Below, in pieces: positions 13,450 to 27,254 of a DNA stretch of 64,000 nucleotides; within the stretch, counting starts at the first letter, position 1; each line of letters begins with the position of its first letter. The notes beneath the pieces were generated by a model, which ran no database searches, was not told the origin of the DNA, and saw only the letters and a list, made by a program, of their open reading frames with translations. The position numbers and the translations under genes were made by a program. Source of the DNA: Octopus sinensis (Eukaryota); the NCBI RefSeq assembly GCF_006345805.1, contig NC_043011.1, positions 40,560,464 to 40,624,463 on the forward strand, given 5' to 3'.

Positions 13450-14329
13450 CACGCACACAATCATTCATGTATGTGCATATGTAAATGGATCTAATCCAAA
13501 TAAGAAAAAGAAAGAGTTTAGCACGTATTTGATGGTCCAGTTACAATAGTTTTAGAAACTTCCTCAGACTTATTTTTAAAAAAATGCTCTCTTGCATTGT
13601 GCATCTGTCAAGCGTTGCACTTTGCTTATACTGAGAGGAAACAATAAATATAAGATGAAATTGTGAAATGGCGGACGGATAATGCGATAGACATGCAAAA
13701 CAAAACAAGCAAAATAAGGTTAGAAGGGGAGGGAAAAGGGGGAAGAAGAAGAATGATGATGAACAGAAGAAGGAGGAGGTTATATGTATATAGATGTATG
13801 TATGTGAATGTATTGCATGCGTCTTCTTTTTGAAATACAAGAACTCATTTATTTCGAATTATCGCGTAAGGCAAGCAATTTTAGATAAAGGAGTTAAATC
13901 GACTCTAGTAACTGACTGGCACTTTACGTTATCGGCTGCAAGAGGATGAAAGGCAAAGATGACCTCAGCAGGATTTGAACTCAGAATGTGAAAAGCCGGA
14001 AGAAACGGACATTCACTCTCCCCTTCCCCGAGTTACCAATTCTCCACCTCGCTGACTTAAGAACTCAAATAATTAAAGAAAAAGGGTATATATGCAAAAC
14101 TGCATACACAAGGAGATCGATCGATTGATCAATCGATAGATAGATAGTTAGACAGATGCTTACAAACATATACACACGCGCGTGCACACGCACACACACT
14201 GGATATGTACGTATATATAAGTTTACTTGGCTACTTAGACGATGTTCAAGAAATGTTAAAAAAATACATGAAATATATACATCACGTATACGTATCACCT
14301 GTTTACACACCATATACATACGTACATTA

Positions 14330-14542
14330 TATACATTTACTTGTTTCAGTCATTTGACTGCGGCCATGCTGGAGCACAGCCTTTAGTCGAGCAAATCGAC
14401 CTCAGGACTTATTCTTTGCAAACCTAGCACTTATTCTATCGTTCTCTTTTGCCGAACCGCTAGGTTACGTGGACGTAAACACACCAGCATCGGTTGTCAA
14501 GCGATGTTGGGAGGACAAACACGGACACTCAAACATATACAT

Positions 14543-14601
<59 letters not shown>

Positions 14602-14750
14602 TACTATGGGCTTTTTTCAGTTTCCGTCTACCAAATCCACTCACAAGGCTTTGGTCAGCCCGAGGCTATAGTAGAAGACACTTCCCCAAGTTGCCACGCA
14701 GTGGGACTGAACCCGGGACCATGTACTTCGTAAGCAAGCTACTTACCACA
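14330..14750 (-). mobile_element. Family-B SINE
   Basis: Full reverse-complement match with internal (CA)n(TA)n. Confidence 0.9.
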
Positions 14751-14906
14751 CTGTGTGTGTGTACATGTATATATAACGCATTTAGTTATATATTATATAT
14801 ATGTATATACACCCACACATTCATACTTACAATATACACATGCAGCATATATATCATACACACATACACGCACAAATATATACATCATATGAGTATATCA
14901 TAAACA

Positions 14907-14962
<56 letters not shown>

Positions 14963-14964
14963 TA

Positions 14965-15190
14965 TGTACCCACTCATGAATGGTTGGCGATTTTCCTTCT
15001 TCGTTTTCGTTCTCCTCTGGATTTTTTTCTCCTTTCCGACGAAGAGCCATACTCGAAACGTTAAAACCACTCTCCTTTCTCCGAGTGTCAAACTAATATT
15101 ATTCTTGTGCACGGTCTCACGTTTGTTATTTTCTCTTTTATTCTCAATATCGTTTCTTTCTATCTTCGTTTTTTATCGGTTTTTTTGAAT
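14965..15190 (+). mobile_element. PLE pLTR-derived repeat with variant hammerhead (family also at 24000-24250 minus, 26370-26580 plus, 30380-30470 minus)
   Basis: Shared TCTGGAT.TT.TC..TTTCCGACGAAGAGC..GCTCGAAACGTTAAA..CTCC.T.C..CCTGAGCGTC.AATAA.A.TAT architecture. Confidence 0.7.
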
Positions 15191-16614
15191 TGTCACTTGA
15201 ACTGACAATTCCTACTTATACGCTATACATGCTACATATATATATATTATATACATCACAGACATTCACCATACATACGTACACATATACATACATTACG
15301 CACAGACACTCTAGTGTTAGTATGTTTATATATATCGTACAGAGATACATAACATTACGTACATGCATACACACACACATGCATACATACATGCATACGT
15401 ACATACATACATACATACATACATACATAAAGACATACATACATAAAGACAAACATGCTTAAATATAGTTACATATACGTTCAGTTCATACGTATATTCA
15501 TGTGTCCGTTCATACGTCCGTTCATACTTCGCTATAATATCGATAGCGATCGAAAACTAATTCCTTTATATAATCCAATGCAAGAGTAATTAATTCTTAC
15601 CGATATGTCTCGAATGAATAGCGAAGAATGCGTCAGTCAGCACAATATACTTTGGACAGAAATCTATAGGAATTAATTTAATTAGATGTGTAAAATTGAA
15701 GCGGAAAGAGAAGCGACGGGGGAAAAAAAAAGACACTCTACATCCACACAACCCACTGAAGAACGGGCTACACAAAACAAAATAAGAACCAACAATGTGT
15801 CTCTAGCTGCCCACTCAAAATGCTAGATATAGCAGTTAAATTTTGTTCATATCACATTCCGTAATCTTCAAGATAAAAAAAAAATAGAAAAGGCCAAGAA
15901 TTCACTGATATGGTAATTTTAGAGATGATGATTATGATGAAGATGTTATTGATGGTGATGATGTTGATAATGATGATGATGATGATGATGATGATAGTTT
16001 CTTCGTGTCAGATGATCGTGAGGATGAGTGGCATGCGTTTGAGTCGACTGCATAAACCGATCCTTGACACTGCAAAGTTTTCTTGCAGCCTGCGCTTTGT
16101 AGTTTTAAGGCGAGAATCAGTACACGTAATCCAATCCCACCCTTTAGATTTGTAGGTCTGACCAAAGTGGTTTGGCGGGCTAAGATGGATATGGTGACTA
16201 GCATGCTACCGGTTATACCCTCGAAGGGATGACAGGAAATAGTCGTCCTCGGCGGAATTTGAACTTCGGATTTAAGCAGAAGGCCAGCAATTTCCGGGAG
16301 AGGCACAGAGTTAGTCAATTACAGCAATCCCAGTATTTAATTGGATTACATTATTTCATCGACACCAGAAAGGATGAACGGCAAAACTGTCCTCGGAGGG
16401 ATTTGATCTCTAAATGTAAAGGACAGGAACAAATACCACTACCAAGATTCAATAGACTAGAAAATGAGAATATTACTAAGATACTGACTATCCAACGATT
16501 GTACATGACAGAGGAGTGGTTAGTTGGTGGTGAGCGACAGGTAGAAAAGTTTAAGAAGATAATCATTGTGGACCACTACATTTCCAATTCACAAAAAGAT
16601 CTGCTACTCATCCC

Positions 16615-16821
16615 TTTTTCTCTTTTACTTGTTTCAATCATTTGACTGCGGCCATGCTGGAGCACTGCCTTTAGTCGAGCAAATCGACCCCAGGATTTAT
16701 TCTTTGTAAGCCTAGTACTTATTCTATCGGTCTCTTTTGCCGAACCGCTAAGTTACGGGGACGTAGACACACCAGCATCGGTTGTGAAGCGATGTTGGGG
16801 TGACAGACACACACACACACA

Positions 16822-16856
<35 letters not shown>

Positions 16857-17035
16857 GACATATATACATATATACGACGGGCTTCTTTCAGTTTCCGTCT
16901 ACCAAATCCACTCACAAAATTTTGGTCGGCCCGAGGCTATAGTAGAAGACACTTGCCCAAGGTGCCATGCTGTGGGACGGAACCCGGAACCATGTGGTTC
17001 GTAAGCAAGCTACTTTCCACACAGCTACTCCTATG
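16615..17035 (-). mobile_element. Family-B SINE
   Basis: Full reverse-complement match. Confidence 0.92.
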
Positions 17036-17111
17036 CCTTTGTTGATTATGGTTCTACAAAGTTTAGAAAGTAGATTAGATTTGGGACATCTAAAGTCTAA
17101 ACATAAATCAC

Positions 17112-17515
17112 CAGCAGGAGTGGCTGTGTGGTAAGTAGCTTGCTAACGAACCACATGGTCCCGGGTTCAGTCCCACTGCGTGGCATCTTGGCCAAGTGTC
17201 TACTGCTATAGCCTCGGGCCGACCAATGCCTTGTGAGTGGATTTGGTAGACGGAAACTGAAAGAAGCCTGTCGTATATATGTATATATATATATAAGTGT
17301 GTGTGTATATGTTTGTGTGTTTCTGTTTGTCCCCCTAGCATTGCTTGACAACCGATGCTGGTGTGTTTACGTCCCCGTCACTTAGCGGTTCGGCAAAAGA
17401 GACCTATAGAATAAGTACTGGGCTTACAAAGAATAAGTCCCGGGGTCGATTTGCTCGACTAAAGGCGGTGCTCCAGCATGGCCGCAGTCAAATGACTGAA
17501 ACAAGTAAAAGAGTA
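17112..17515 (+). mobile_element. Family-B SINE
   Basis: GCAGGAGTGGCTGTGTGGTAAGTAGCTTGC..AAGTAAAAGAG full copy. Confidence 0.92.
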
Positions 17516-17818
17516 TACTGATGGATTTTAATCTAACCATGACGGTGTATGTACCATCATGGTACATCGAGATGAACAATCCTGAAAACATGCCGTTATA
17601 GCGCCAATACTTCTGCTGAAGTAGGCTTGGGGTGACTTAGCAAAATTGATGGAGCGTCAGACGAAATATCTTGTGATATAATACTTTATGGCTCTTTATG
17701 AGTTAAAATCCCACCGAGGTCAACATTACCTTTCCATCCCTAAAGCATCAGCCAAGTAAAACAAAAATTTATGTAGCATTCATATAATGCTCCACCAGTC
17801 TTAGAAATTACGTTGTAA

Positions 17819-18216
17819 TCTTTATATATAAAAGTCAAGTTGTGTGCCTGTCTCCTACGATTTAGATTCCTAACTACTCCCACATTTTGCGGTGCAGTTT
17901 AACCAAAACCGGGTATCTTATAGTCGTGATTCATATCGAGCCCTTCTGGGTATTAGCGCGCGTCTACGATGAGTCTACGATTAAAAAAAAAATTACCATA
18001 AATTTTTTCCATTTTTAATGCATTTTCGCTCGGTTTATATAAGGAAAGTAACTCTCTAAAAATTTATTATTAAATCTCAGAACGTAAAAAGCTACAGTAA
18101 CCCTCCCCCCCTTTGTGGTTAGCCATATTGAGATGGCTATTATACTTTACATCTCTAAAAATGCTTATATAGTTATTTCCCTTACAAACCCGAGCAACGC
18201 CGGGCGATACTGCTAG
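17819..18216 (+). mobile_element. Non-autonomous Helitron
   Basis: 5' a|TCTTTATATATAAAAG, subterminal hairpin CCCG-AGCAACGC-CGGG, 3' CTAG|t. Inserted between A and T with no TSD. Confidence 0.82.
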
Positions 18217-18639
18217 TTATTTTATAAAACCCACCATGCATGCATACATAGGTACACACACACACGCACACACAGATAATCAGGTAACATGTAATAATCC
18301 TGACATTATTTACTTTGACAATGGAAACAGCATACTTTATAATAGTCACAGTATTATTAAATGATTATGTCTAGAGGCGAGGCGAGCAGAAAACAAGAAA
18401 TATCACCGACTAAGTTGTTTCCTTGTAAACATGATGGCGGTTAAGGGATGGTGTTAGCATTCGTATTTTTAATTTGAAATAAGCCACAGTTACTTCTGTT
18501 ATGACATTGGCAGGTTAGTTACAAAGGATATGTCTAGTCACGTTCAACAAAACGGTTATAATCGGATTGGTAAATACTATTCAGGAATTCACAAGTAGTA
18601 TTTGGTAACCTTGAAGATATTTCAGTATGTTTTCGCATA

Positions 18640-19155
18640 CTCTTTTACTCTTTTACTCGTTTCAGTCATTTGACTGCGGCCATGCTGGAGCACCGCCTTT
18701 AGTCGAGCAAATCGACCCCGGGACTTATTCTTTGTAAGCCCAGTACTTATTCTATCGGTCTATTTTGCCGAACTGCTAAGTGAAGGGGACGTAAACACAC
18801 CAGCATCGGTTGTCAAGCAATGCCTTTAGTCGAGCAAATCGTCCCCGGGACTTATTCTTTGTAAGCACAGTACTTATTCTATCGGTCTATTTTGCCGAAC
18901 AGCTAAGTGACGGAGACGTAAACACACCAGCATCGGTTGTCAAGCAATGCTAGGGGGACAAACACAGACACACAAACATATACACACACACTTATATATA
19001 TATATATACATATATACGACAGGCTTCTTTCAGTTTCCGTCTACCAAATCCACTCACAAGGCATTGATCGGCCCGGGGCTATAGCAGAAGACACTTGCCC
19101 AAGATGCCACGCAGTGGGACTGAACCCGGAACCATGTGGTTGGTTAGCAAGCTAC
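18640..19155 (-). mobile_element. Family-B SINE with a ~127-bp internal tandem duplication
   Basis: The block CCTTTAGTCGAGCAAATCG..GTTGTCAAGCAATG occurs twice in tandem (about 18696-18821 and 18822-18950). Confidence 0.88.
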
Positions 19156-19865
19156 TTACCACACAGCCACTCCTACGTTCCAAATTCTTGGTTAAAATTG
19201 GAACATTTAGTAAATTCCTGAAACCGCGAACAATAAACCAATATTATTGATAATGGAAATTGGTAGCATAAATGTAAAGTAAATTGAATAATATATATAT
19301 ATATAACACCCACACATTCATACTTACAATATACACCTGCAGCATATATATCATACACACATACACGCACAAATATATACATCATATGAGTATATCATAA
19401 ACACACACACACATACACACACACACGCACGCATATGTACCCACTCATGAATGGTTGGCGATTTTTTAATAGTGATAATTTATAATAATGACAATAATAA
19501 CAACAGCAACAATAATGGTATCAATTTATGGCTAGGGATAAGATAATTAATTCGGCCCAAGTGCACAACTGGTATTTATTTTATCAACCCCTAAAGGATG
19601 AAAGGCAAAATCGACCTCGGAGCAACACCAAAAATGATATGTATTTTTGGTTCAAGACCCCCCCACTCCACTGCACACATACCTTTTACTTTATGTTACC
19701 AACCCTGGTAAGATGAAAGACAAAAATAATTTGGTGGGTTTTCAACTCAAAACAAAGAGTCGGAACAAATTCAGCAAAACAGTTTTCCGATGCTTTAACG
19801 ATTCTGCCAATTTGATAATATTAATGACGATTTCTAGCATAAACGCGCGTAAGCTGCTGCTGCTG

Positions 19866-19902
<37 letters not shown>

Positions 19903-20308
19903 ACTGTAATAACCAAATAGTTTTGTGATATAGGCACAGGACCTACAATTTTGAAGGGAGGGTTATTCAAGGAGAGGTAGTCAAGACCTGTGCTTGACTC
20001 AGTGTTTGAGGGGAGGAGTAGTCAAGTCTTCAGTGCTTCATTGGTATCATTCTATCAACCCTAAAGAATGAAAGGCAAAATTGACAATAGTGAGATTTGA
20101 ATTCGATACTCTTTTACTCTTTTATGCGTTTCAGTCATTTGACTGTGGCCATGCTGGAGCACCACCTTTAGTCGAGCAAATCGACCCCAGGACTTATTCT
20201 TATTAATAAGTTTGTGTGGAAAACGAATATGAAAAAACAAATGCGCGCTGACGACCTTGGGGTGGGGAGGGGACTTTCGGAAAATTCACAAGATCCGATT
20301 TTTCGGAA

Positions 20309-20748
20309 TTAGGGTAAAATGGATATATATTGATTTCTTTTTATGGAATCCCACGTTTTTGGTTATGAAATATTCGATTCTGAAAAAAAATGTTCAAAAA
20401 TCGCATTTTCAAAATTTCATTATGTTATCGCAGTTTTTGTTTAGATTTGGCTGTTATTTCTAGCATGTGGATTGCCTGCTTGAAGGCCTGAGGATATATA
20501 TTCTTTTTCTTTTTTTCATGTTAAAAAATTGAAATTTTACAAATAATTTTATTTTCAGAATGGTAATCTTCGCATTTTTCTACATATTTCGCAAAAAAAA
20601 AAATAAAAAAATTCTGGAAAAAGCGGAAAATAATGGGAGGGATGAAATTTTGAAAATGCGATTTTTGATAAATTTCTTTCTCAGAATCGGATCTTCCATA
20701 ACCAAAAACGTGGGATTAAAAAAATCAATATACATCCATTTTCCCAAA
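20309..20748. mobile_element. Fold-back/MITE-like element with ~110-bp inverted arms (partial relative at about 23190-23295)
   Basis: AATCCCACGTTTTTGGTTATG..TCGCATTTTCAAAATTTCAT (20309-20419) is inverted at 20642-20748. Confidence 0.7.
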
Positions 20749-20764
20749 AGTTATGACGGAAAAA

Positions 20765-21035
20765 TTGGGGTCGATATAATCGACTTAATCCGTTTGTCTG
20801 TCCTTGTTTGTCCCCTCTGTGTTCAGCCCCTTGTGGGTAGTAAAGAAATAGGTATTTCGTCTGTCGTTACGTTCTGAGTTCAAATTCCGCCGAGGTCGAC
20901 TGTGCCTTTCATCCGTTCAGGGTCGATAAATAAAGTACCAGTTTCGCACTGGGTTCGATGTAATCGACTTAATCGCTTTGTCTGTCCTTGTTTGTTCTCT
21001 CTATGTTTAGCCCCTTGTGGGCAGTAAAGAAATAT
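20765..21035 (+). mobile_element. Family-A SINE array fragment ending in the internal-type tail
   Basis: Tail + core + tail, ending GGGCAGTAAAGAAATA against unrelated DNA. Confidence 0.85.
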
Positions 21036-24000
21036 ATTACAAAAAATGTTTCATTTCTAAAGATATCACGTTAATTATAAATTAATACTTTCTTAAATCA
21101 TAAATTGATAATCTATGAAAATTATAAATTACTAACGAAAATCCTTTTGAAAGATTCGGTAAAGAACATTATTACAAATGCACAATTTCAATCATTTGAT
21201 GGACATCTGTCCCTCTCACCATTAAGATATTTCAGAACGAGGTTGGTTAATGTCTCTGTACTCCATTATGCCTCTTTTCGGGAGAAGAATGAAATACTAT
21301 GAAATACTGTCACTTCGTTTCAACCATTTTGCTATTGAGCGAGAACAATGAGTTAATCTCTCATGTCATAGAACTGTATTTAAAAACAAAATAAGAAAAA
21401 AGAGAAAAAAATACTAACAAGTTTTGTGATCCGATCTTGATAAAGCTAAAGGAATTATTTTATTTTATTTCATTCTACGTTTCTTATCTCAAGTATAATA
21501 TTTATTTTTTTATATTTTATGTACATATTAATTCATTATTTTTCGATTCTTAAAATTCATTTATTTATTTTGCATTTCCTCTTAAAAGCATCGCCGATGT
21601 AAGCTAAACATAGAAGCATCAATTTATGTGAATAAGCGAAAGATTTCTTTAGCAATCCACTTCTTTATATTTCGTATGATTACAAGAAACAATAAATACA
21701 AAAACGTGAAATATTATTTTCATATTTCTCATCTTCCCTCTTAAAACATTTTGAAAACGACAATGAAAAGCAATGTATGAAAATAGAGAAAAAAGTTTAA
21801 TCAAACAAAACATTAATGAAAACAGGCGAAACAAAACCATAAAATATTACAATTCCGTCTTATGAACACGTTTGTCTTTAAACTACATTCGCCAGGTTAT
21901 TTCACATGGAAAGAGATTAAAAAAAAAAATGAAGTTCTAAAGAAAACGTAAGACATAACAAAACTACTGAACTTGTAATATGTCAAAGAAATATTCCACT
22001 GACGTATTTTTCTTTAGATATTTCGGACATATTTCAGTGGAATGTTGTTTTTCAAAAACTAGTCTTGGTATTTTTTTTCCTCATTGAATTCTTTGAAACG
22101 TGTTGTGGTTCCATTTTTTTTAAAACTAAATATTCGATACTAAACGATGCATGTGATATATTTTTAACCTCACGTTAAAGATTCATAATAGGCAAGCAAT
22201 CAAGAAGTTGATCTCTCTTCGTAGCTGAAAAGTGAAATTTAGTTTTGCAATAAAATATTCTTTCTTTGAATTATTTGAAATGTGTTGTCATTTCATTTCT
22301 TTTTTATATATTCGATGTTAAACGAATATATAATATATGATATTCTTTTAACTTTCCTCGAAAGAATCGTAATGCCCAAGCGACCAAGGTGATGATCTCT
22401 TTGGAAATGCCTCAACATTTATTTATAGGTTAGAATGTCTGTATATCACACCTGTTTAGACTAGAACAAGTCTCTTATGTTAAGAAGATGGTGTTGGTTG
22501 AATATGAATAAAATAAGATTTTTTGTGTTAATACACTTGCTAACACAGTCTGATCACAACCGTGTATATTTTTGCATAGACAGTACAGTGGGAAAACTAA
22601 ACAAAAGGTTCTGTTTTAGACACCATGACAATAATTTCGAGGGGAGGGGAGGCAAGGCATTGAGTTCGCAGTGTCGTTAACATACCTGGTATAAAAATGC
22701 TTAGCGGTATTACCTCAGTCTTTACGTCCCGATTTCAAATTCCGTCGAGGTTGACTATGCCTTCCAATCTTTCAGGGTCGATAAAATAAATACCATTTGG
22801 ATCAATGCAATCGACTTACCCCCTTCTCGAAATTGCTCGCCTTGTGACAAATTAGAAATTAGTAATTTTGAGGGAAGGTGCTTAGTGGCTTTCATCGACC
22901 TCAGTACCTGAGTGGTACTACATTTTATCGAGCGTGAACGGATAAAAGGCAAGGTTGACCACGGATTAGTTTGGACTTGGAATGTAAAGAGCCGGAACAA
23001 ATACCAAAAAGTAATATTTTTTTTTCGACACTGAAAATTCTGACTTAAGGTGGAAATAAGAATTCTTTCTAATTTGGACAGAGGGCCACAACACACAGGC
23101 TGGTTCATGAATCGGACTCACTATCTCATGATTGTGAGCTCGCCGTTATAACCACTAAGCCATGCATCTTCATTATATATATAATAATCAGAATCTTAAT
23201 CTTCGCATTTTTCTACATAATTCGCAAAAAAAAAAAAAAACTCTGGAAAAAGTAAAAAATGAGGGGCGATTTTTGATAAATTTCTTTCTTAGAAAATCAT
23301 TATTATGAATAATTATAGAGATTTAAAGTCATACCGGTATTGTCAGAGCTAATCATTGACATTCAAAGTTTAATTTTAAGCGACAAGTTTAATTGCTTTT
23401 CTTAAAAAAAGCCTTTATATTTTTATACCTAATGTGCATTTTCTTTGTTATCTTTTGACTATTCCCGTATTATATATATATACTGAAGGTACTTGTGTGT
23501 ATGTTGCATTTTTTATACTTTTAGATGAAAAAATTGGAGGGCAAAGCTAAAACTATGAAAAGAAACCAACTTTGTACCACACTTTTCACAAAATTACGGA
23601 TGCAACATATGCACAAGTAAATACGGCATATTTACTGATAATTTAGAGAAAGGCCTTCTGATAACACCTGCGATTAATACTGGTATCGAGTTGTATCGAC
23701 CTATGTCTTGCCTTTATCTTGAGCAACATCGATGGTGTGAAGAGAAAGAAATTTCTGTGGACAACATCTGGGCTTACACACACACACACTCACAATCCTT
23801 ACACAGGACTGCGCCTTAGTGGGGTGGGGTGGGATAGGTAACTTTCTAGATGGAGAAACCCATGGTCAGAAAAGGAGAAAATCCAAAAATGTGGGTGTGC
23901 TATTCGGAAATTCCGCCAAGGTGGTCTATTGAGAAGATTTACCGGTAACGACGGGTTACACAACTAATATCCCCCCCCATACATATATTTATATATAGAA

Positions 24001-24246
24001 AAACCAAACAAGAAAGCACAAAATAACACAACAACGCGAGGACGTGGAACAAATATAGTATTATTGGACGCTCAGGAAGGAAGGGAAGAAGGAGGATTTA
24101 ACGTTTCGAGCGGGCTCTTCGTCGGAAACATAGGAGAGGAGAAGATCCAGAGAAGGGAAGACAGAGGGAAAAAGTTGCTAACGGTACACACGAGGTCACA
24201 TTTGAAAGAAGATTCGATCGGAATGCGTATAGAGCACGTTTGAGTG

Positions 24247-24311
<65 letters not shown>

Positions 24312-24372
24312 GGGAGATGTACTCGCATAGCAAGTGATTTGATCTGAGATCGTGTGCTGAAACAAAAACATT

Positions 24373-24419
<47 letters not shown>

Positions 24420-24991
24420 AATGTAAGATCGAATGATTGAGCTGTAGGAAGAAGATGAGATTCATGCAATTTGTAGAAAATATAAAAATACAACTTAACT
24501 TTCAGAAACAATAGTGGTTTATCGGGGCAGAAGGTTGTGGATTTTACCCTATCGAAGTACGATTATCTGAAAACAAATTATTTTAAATTTCACTGTAGGC
24601 ACCCAGAATTGCCAGGTATGCGAATAGAAATATAAGAGTTAAGGAATTGAGTAGATAAAATCCGGGCTATATATGTTTCGTAGAGAGCGGACCCTCGGAA
24701 GTGGCAAATGTCCAAGGGTATCTTGAGGCCAAGGATATCTTGATTGAATAAAGTTTATATCGTCGTAAGGAGGCACATGTTAACACACGGAAGATTCGAT
24801 CGGAATGCGTAGAGAGCACGGTTTGAGTGGGGAATATAGATAGTTGAATTTGTCGAATCATTTCGTTTGTAGCGTGAATAATGAATTTCAAGCACTCAGT
24901 TTTGTTGGTAAGAGGGATATTTTTAGGCGACAAGTTTAATTTTATTTTTTCATTCCCATGTCTTCCGCTAGATACAAATTACATAGATATG

Positions 24992-25025
<34 letters not shown>

Positions 25026-25420
25026 TTACATAGATACATCTCTGTGCATATGCGCGTGTGTGTGTATTGGCAAACTAAGTAGATGGCAGTAAATAAAGTG
25101 AATGAAATTGGAAAGTACTACAAAAGTACTTAAAATTCTTCCGACACAAATAAAGGTAGATTTCATTTAGTATGTCCCTCTAAGTATTTCTTAGCAATTA
25201 TTGATAGAGCTTCGATTGAGAGATAACTTTCTTGGGTTAATGGCTCTAATGAAAGAATCACTTAATTACGACTGCAAAGTTAATAAAATTCTCCATTTGT
25301 TTTCGCACTAATGGTTTTGCCAAGCAATGAAAAATTTATTGTTTGGTACGCTTTCTTTCTATATCCCGATCTGGCTTTATGCATCTTTATTACACACACA
25401 CACACACAATATATATATAT

Positions 25421-25464
<44 letters not shown>

Positions 25465-25626
25465 ATATATATATAATATATATGCATATATATATATGCA
25501 TTATATATATATATATATATATATATATGCATATATATATATGCATATATATATATATATATATATGCATATATATATATATATATATATATGCATATAT
25601 ACATACTTACATATATATGCATGTAT

Positions 25627-25790
25627 TGGTGCAGGACGTCATAAAACGTAAACAACATGAAATACGAAAACCTGGAATACGAATCTTTTTTGCGAACAAC
25701 GAAAGAAACAAATGGAAAACAAGACAAGTAACATAAAGAACGACCCTTCAGTTTTTCATGTTGTTTACATTTTATGACGTCCTGTACCCA
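25627..25790. mobile_element. Short inverted-repeat element (family also at 55498-55855; one arm at about 12186-12330)
   Basis: Ends GG(G)T.CAGGACGTCATAAAA.GTAAACAACATGAAA ... TTTCATGTTGTTTACATTTTATGACGTCCTGTACCCA. Confidence 0.7.
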
Positions 25791-25924
25791 TATATACATA
25801 TGTATATACATATATATATGTGTATATATATGTATGTATATATGCATAAATATATATATAAATTATATATATGATTGAACGCCACGTATCCATTTCCAAG
25901 CAAGTTTATCTTACATATATATAT

Positions 25925-26078
25925 AGGCGCAGGCGTGGCTGTGTAGTAATAAGAAACTACATTGTTCCGGGTTCAGTCCCATGCGTGGCACCTTGGGTAA
26001 GCATCTTCTATTATAACATCGGGCCGACCAAAGACTCGTGATTACATTTGGGAGACGGAAACTGAAAGAAGCCCGTTG

Positions 26079-26121
<43 letters not shown>

Positions 26122-26335
26122 TATATTTATGTGTGTGTTCTTGTGTCTATGTTTGTCTCCCCACCATCGCTTGACAACCGATGTCGGTGTATTTACGTAC
26201 CCGTAATATAGCGCTTCGGCAAAAGACACCGATAGAATAAGCACTAGGCTTACAAAGAAAAGTCATGGGGTCGATTTCTTCGATTAAAACCATTTAAGGC
26301 GGTGCTCCTGCATGGTATCAGTCAAATGACTAAAA

Positions 26336-26340
<5 letters not shown>
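25925..26340 (+). mobile_element. Family-B SINE
   Basis: GGCGCAGGCGTGGCTGTGT.. through ..AATGACTAAAAGAATA. Confidence 0.88.
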
Positions 26341-26373
<33 letters not shown>

Positions 26374-26440
26374 CCGCGTGTGTATCGTTGGTGCTTTTTT
26401 TTCCTTCGTCTTCCCTTCCTTGGATATTTCCTTTTTATAT

Positions 26441-26475
26441 GTCTCTGACGAAGAGCTCCGCTCGAAACGTTAAAT
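26441..26475 (+). ncRNA. Minimal hammerhead-like motif (PLE pLTR family with GAAACGTT)
   Basis: CTGACGA-A-GAGC(tcc)GCTC-GAAACGTT. Core intact, stem I weak. Confidence 0.55.
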
Positions 26476-26580
26476 CCTCCTTCTTTCCTTCATCTCCTGG
26501 GCGTCCAATAACACTATACATGTTCCACGTCCGCGCGTTGTTGTGTTTTCTTCTCTTTGTGTTTTCTTGTTTGAATTAAC

Positions 26581-26647
<67 letters not shown>

Positions 26648-26724
26648 TAAAGAGGACAAACAAATATTAAGGCAAGGGAAACATCTCAAGTTGTATACAA
26701 TGCTACTATTGGAAAAAAATGAAA

Positions 26725-27251
26725 GTCTCACAGCTCTTTCTGAGATATTCCCGAGTATGAGATATTCTGTCATCAGAGACAAAAAGGGAAAAAATAGGGA
26801 AAATTAGAATGGTATATATTAATGAGATGACGAGATAGAGGAAGGGAGTAAAAGAATAAGGAGACGGAATGAAAATGGAAAAAGAAGCATAAAAGTTCAT
26901 AGTTCAAATTTCCGAAGTTATAGAAACAAGAGCATGAGTCCTTAGGTGCAATCCTGCGTAGATCTATGTGGGTTAAAATCCTGATATAGTAGACATCCAG
27001 AGAAAAGGACTTAGGCTCATGGATCTACACAGGATTGCACCTAAGGACTCATGCTCTGGTTTCTATAACTTCGAAAAGTTGAAGTATGAACTTTTATACT
27101 TCTTTTTTTCCCTTTTTTTCTCCTTATCCTTTTCTCCTTTTCTCCTTTCCTCTATGTCATCTCATTAATATATACTATTCTCATTTTCCCTATTTTTCCC
27201 TATTTGTCTCTGATGACGGAATATCCCATACTCAGAGATATCCCAGAAACA
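26725..27251. repeat. Inverted PLE-pLTR pair with a degenerate hammerhead at each outer end
   Basis: Arms about 26725-26981 and 27007-27251. GTCT-CTGATGA..GAATATC..GATAT.CC.A-GAAA on both arms, pointing outward. Confidence 0.78.
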
Positions 27252-27254
27252 AAC

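Noticed and set aside
20240-20300. CTGACGA..GAAA motif
   Set aside because: Stems I and III cannot be formed.
21995-22045. CTGAAAT..CGAAA..GTC on the minus strand
   Set aside because: It is explained by a simple ATTCCACTGA/TCAGTGGAAT inverted repeat that would pair the core itself.
21585-22610. Microexon-like AG..GT blocks on the plus strand (about 21591-21600, 22363-22386, 22580-22607)
   Set aside because: Splice-like signals are common in AT-rich DNA, and there is no recognisable peptide or transcript evidence.
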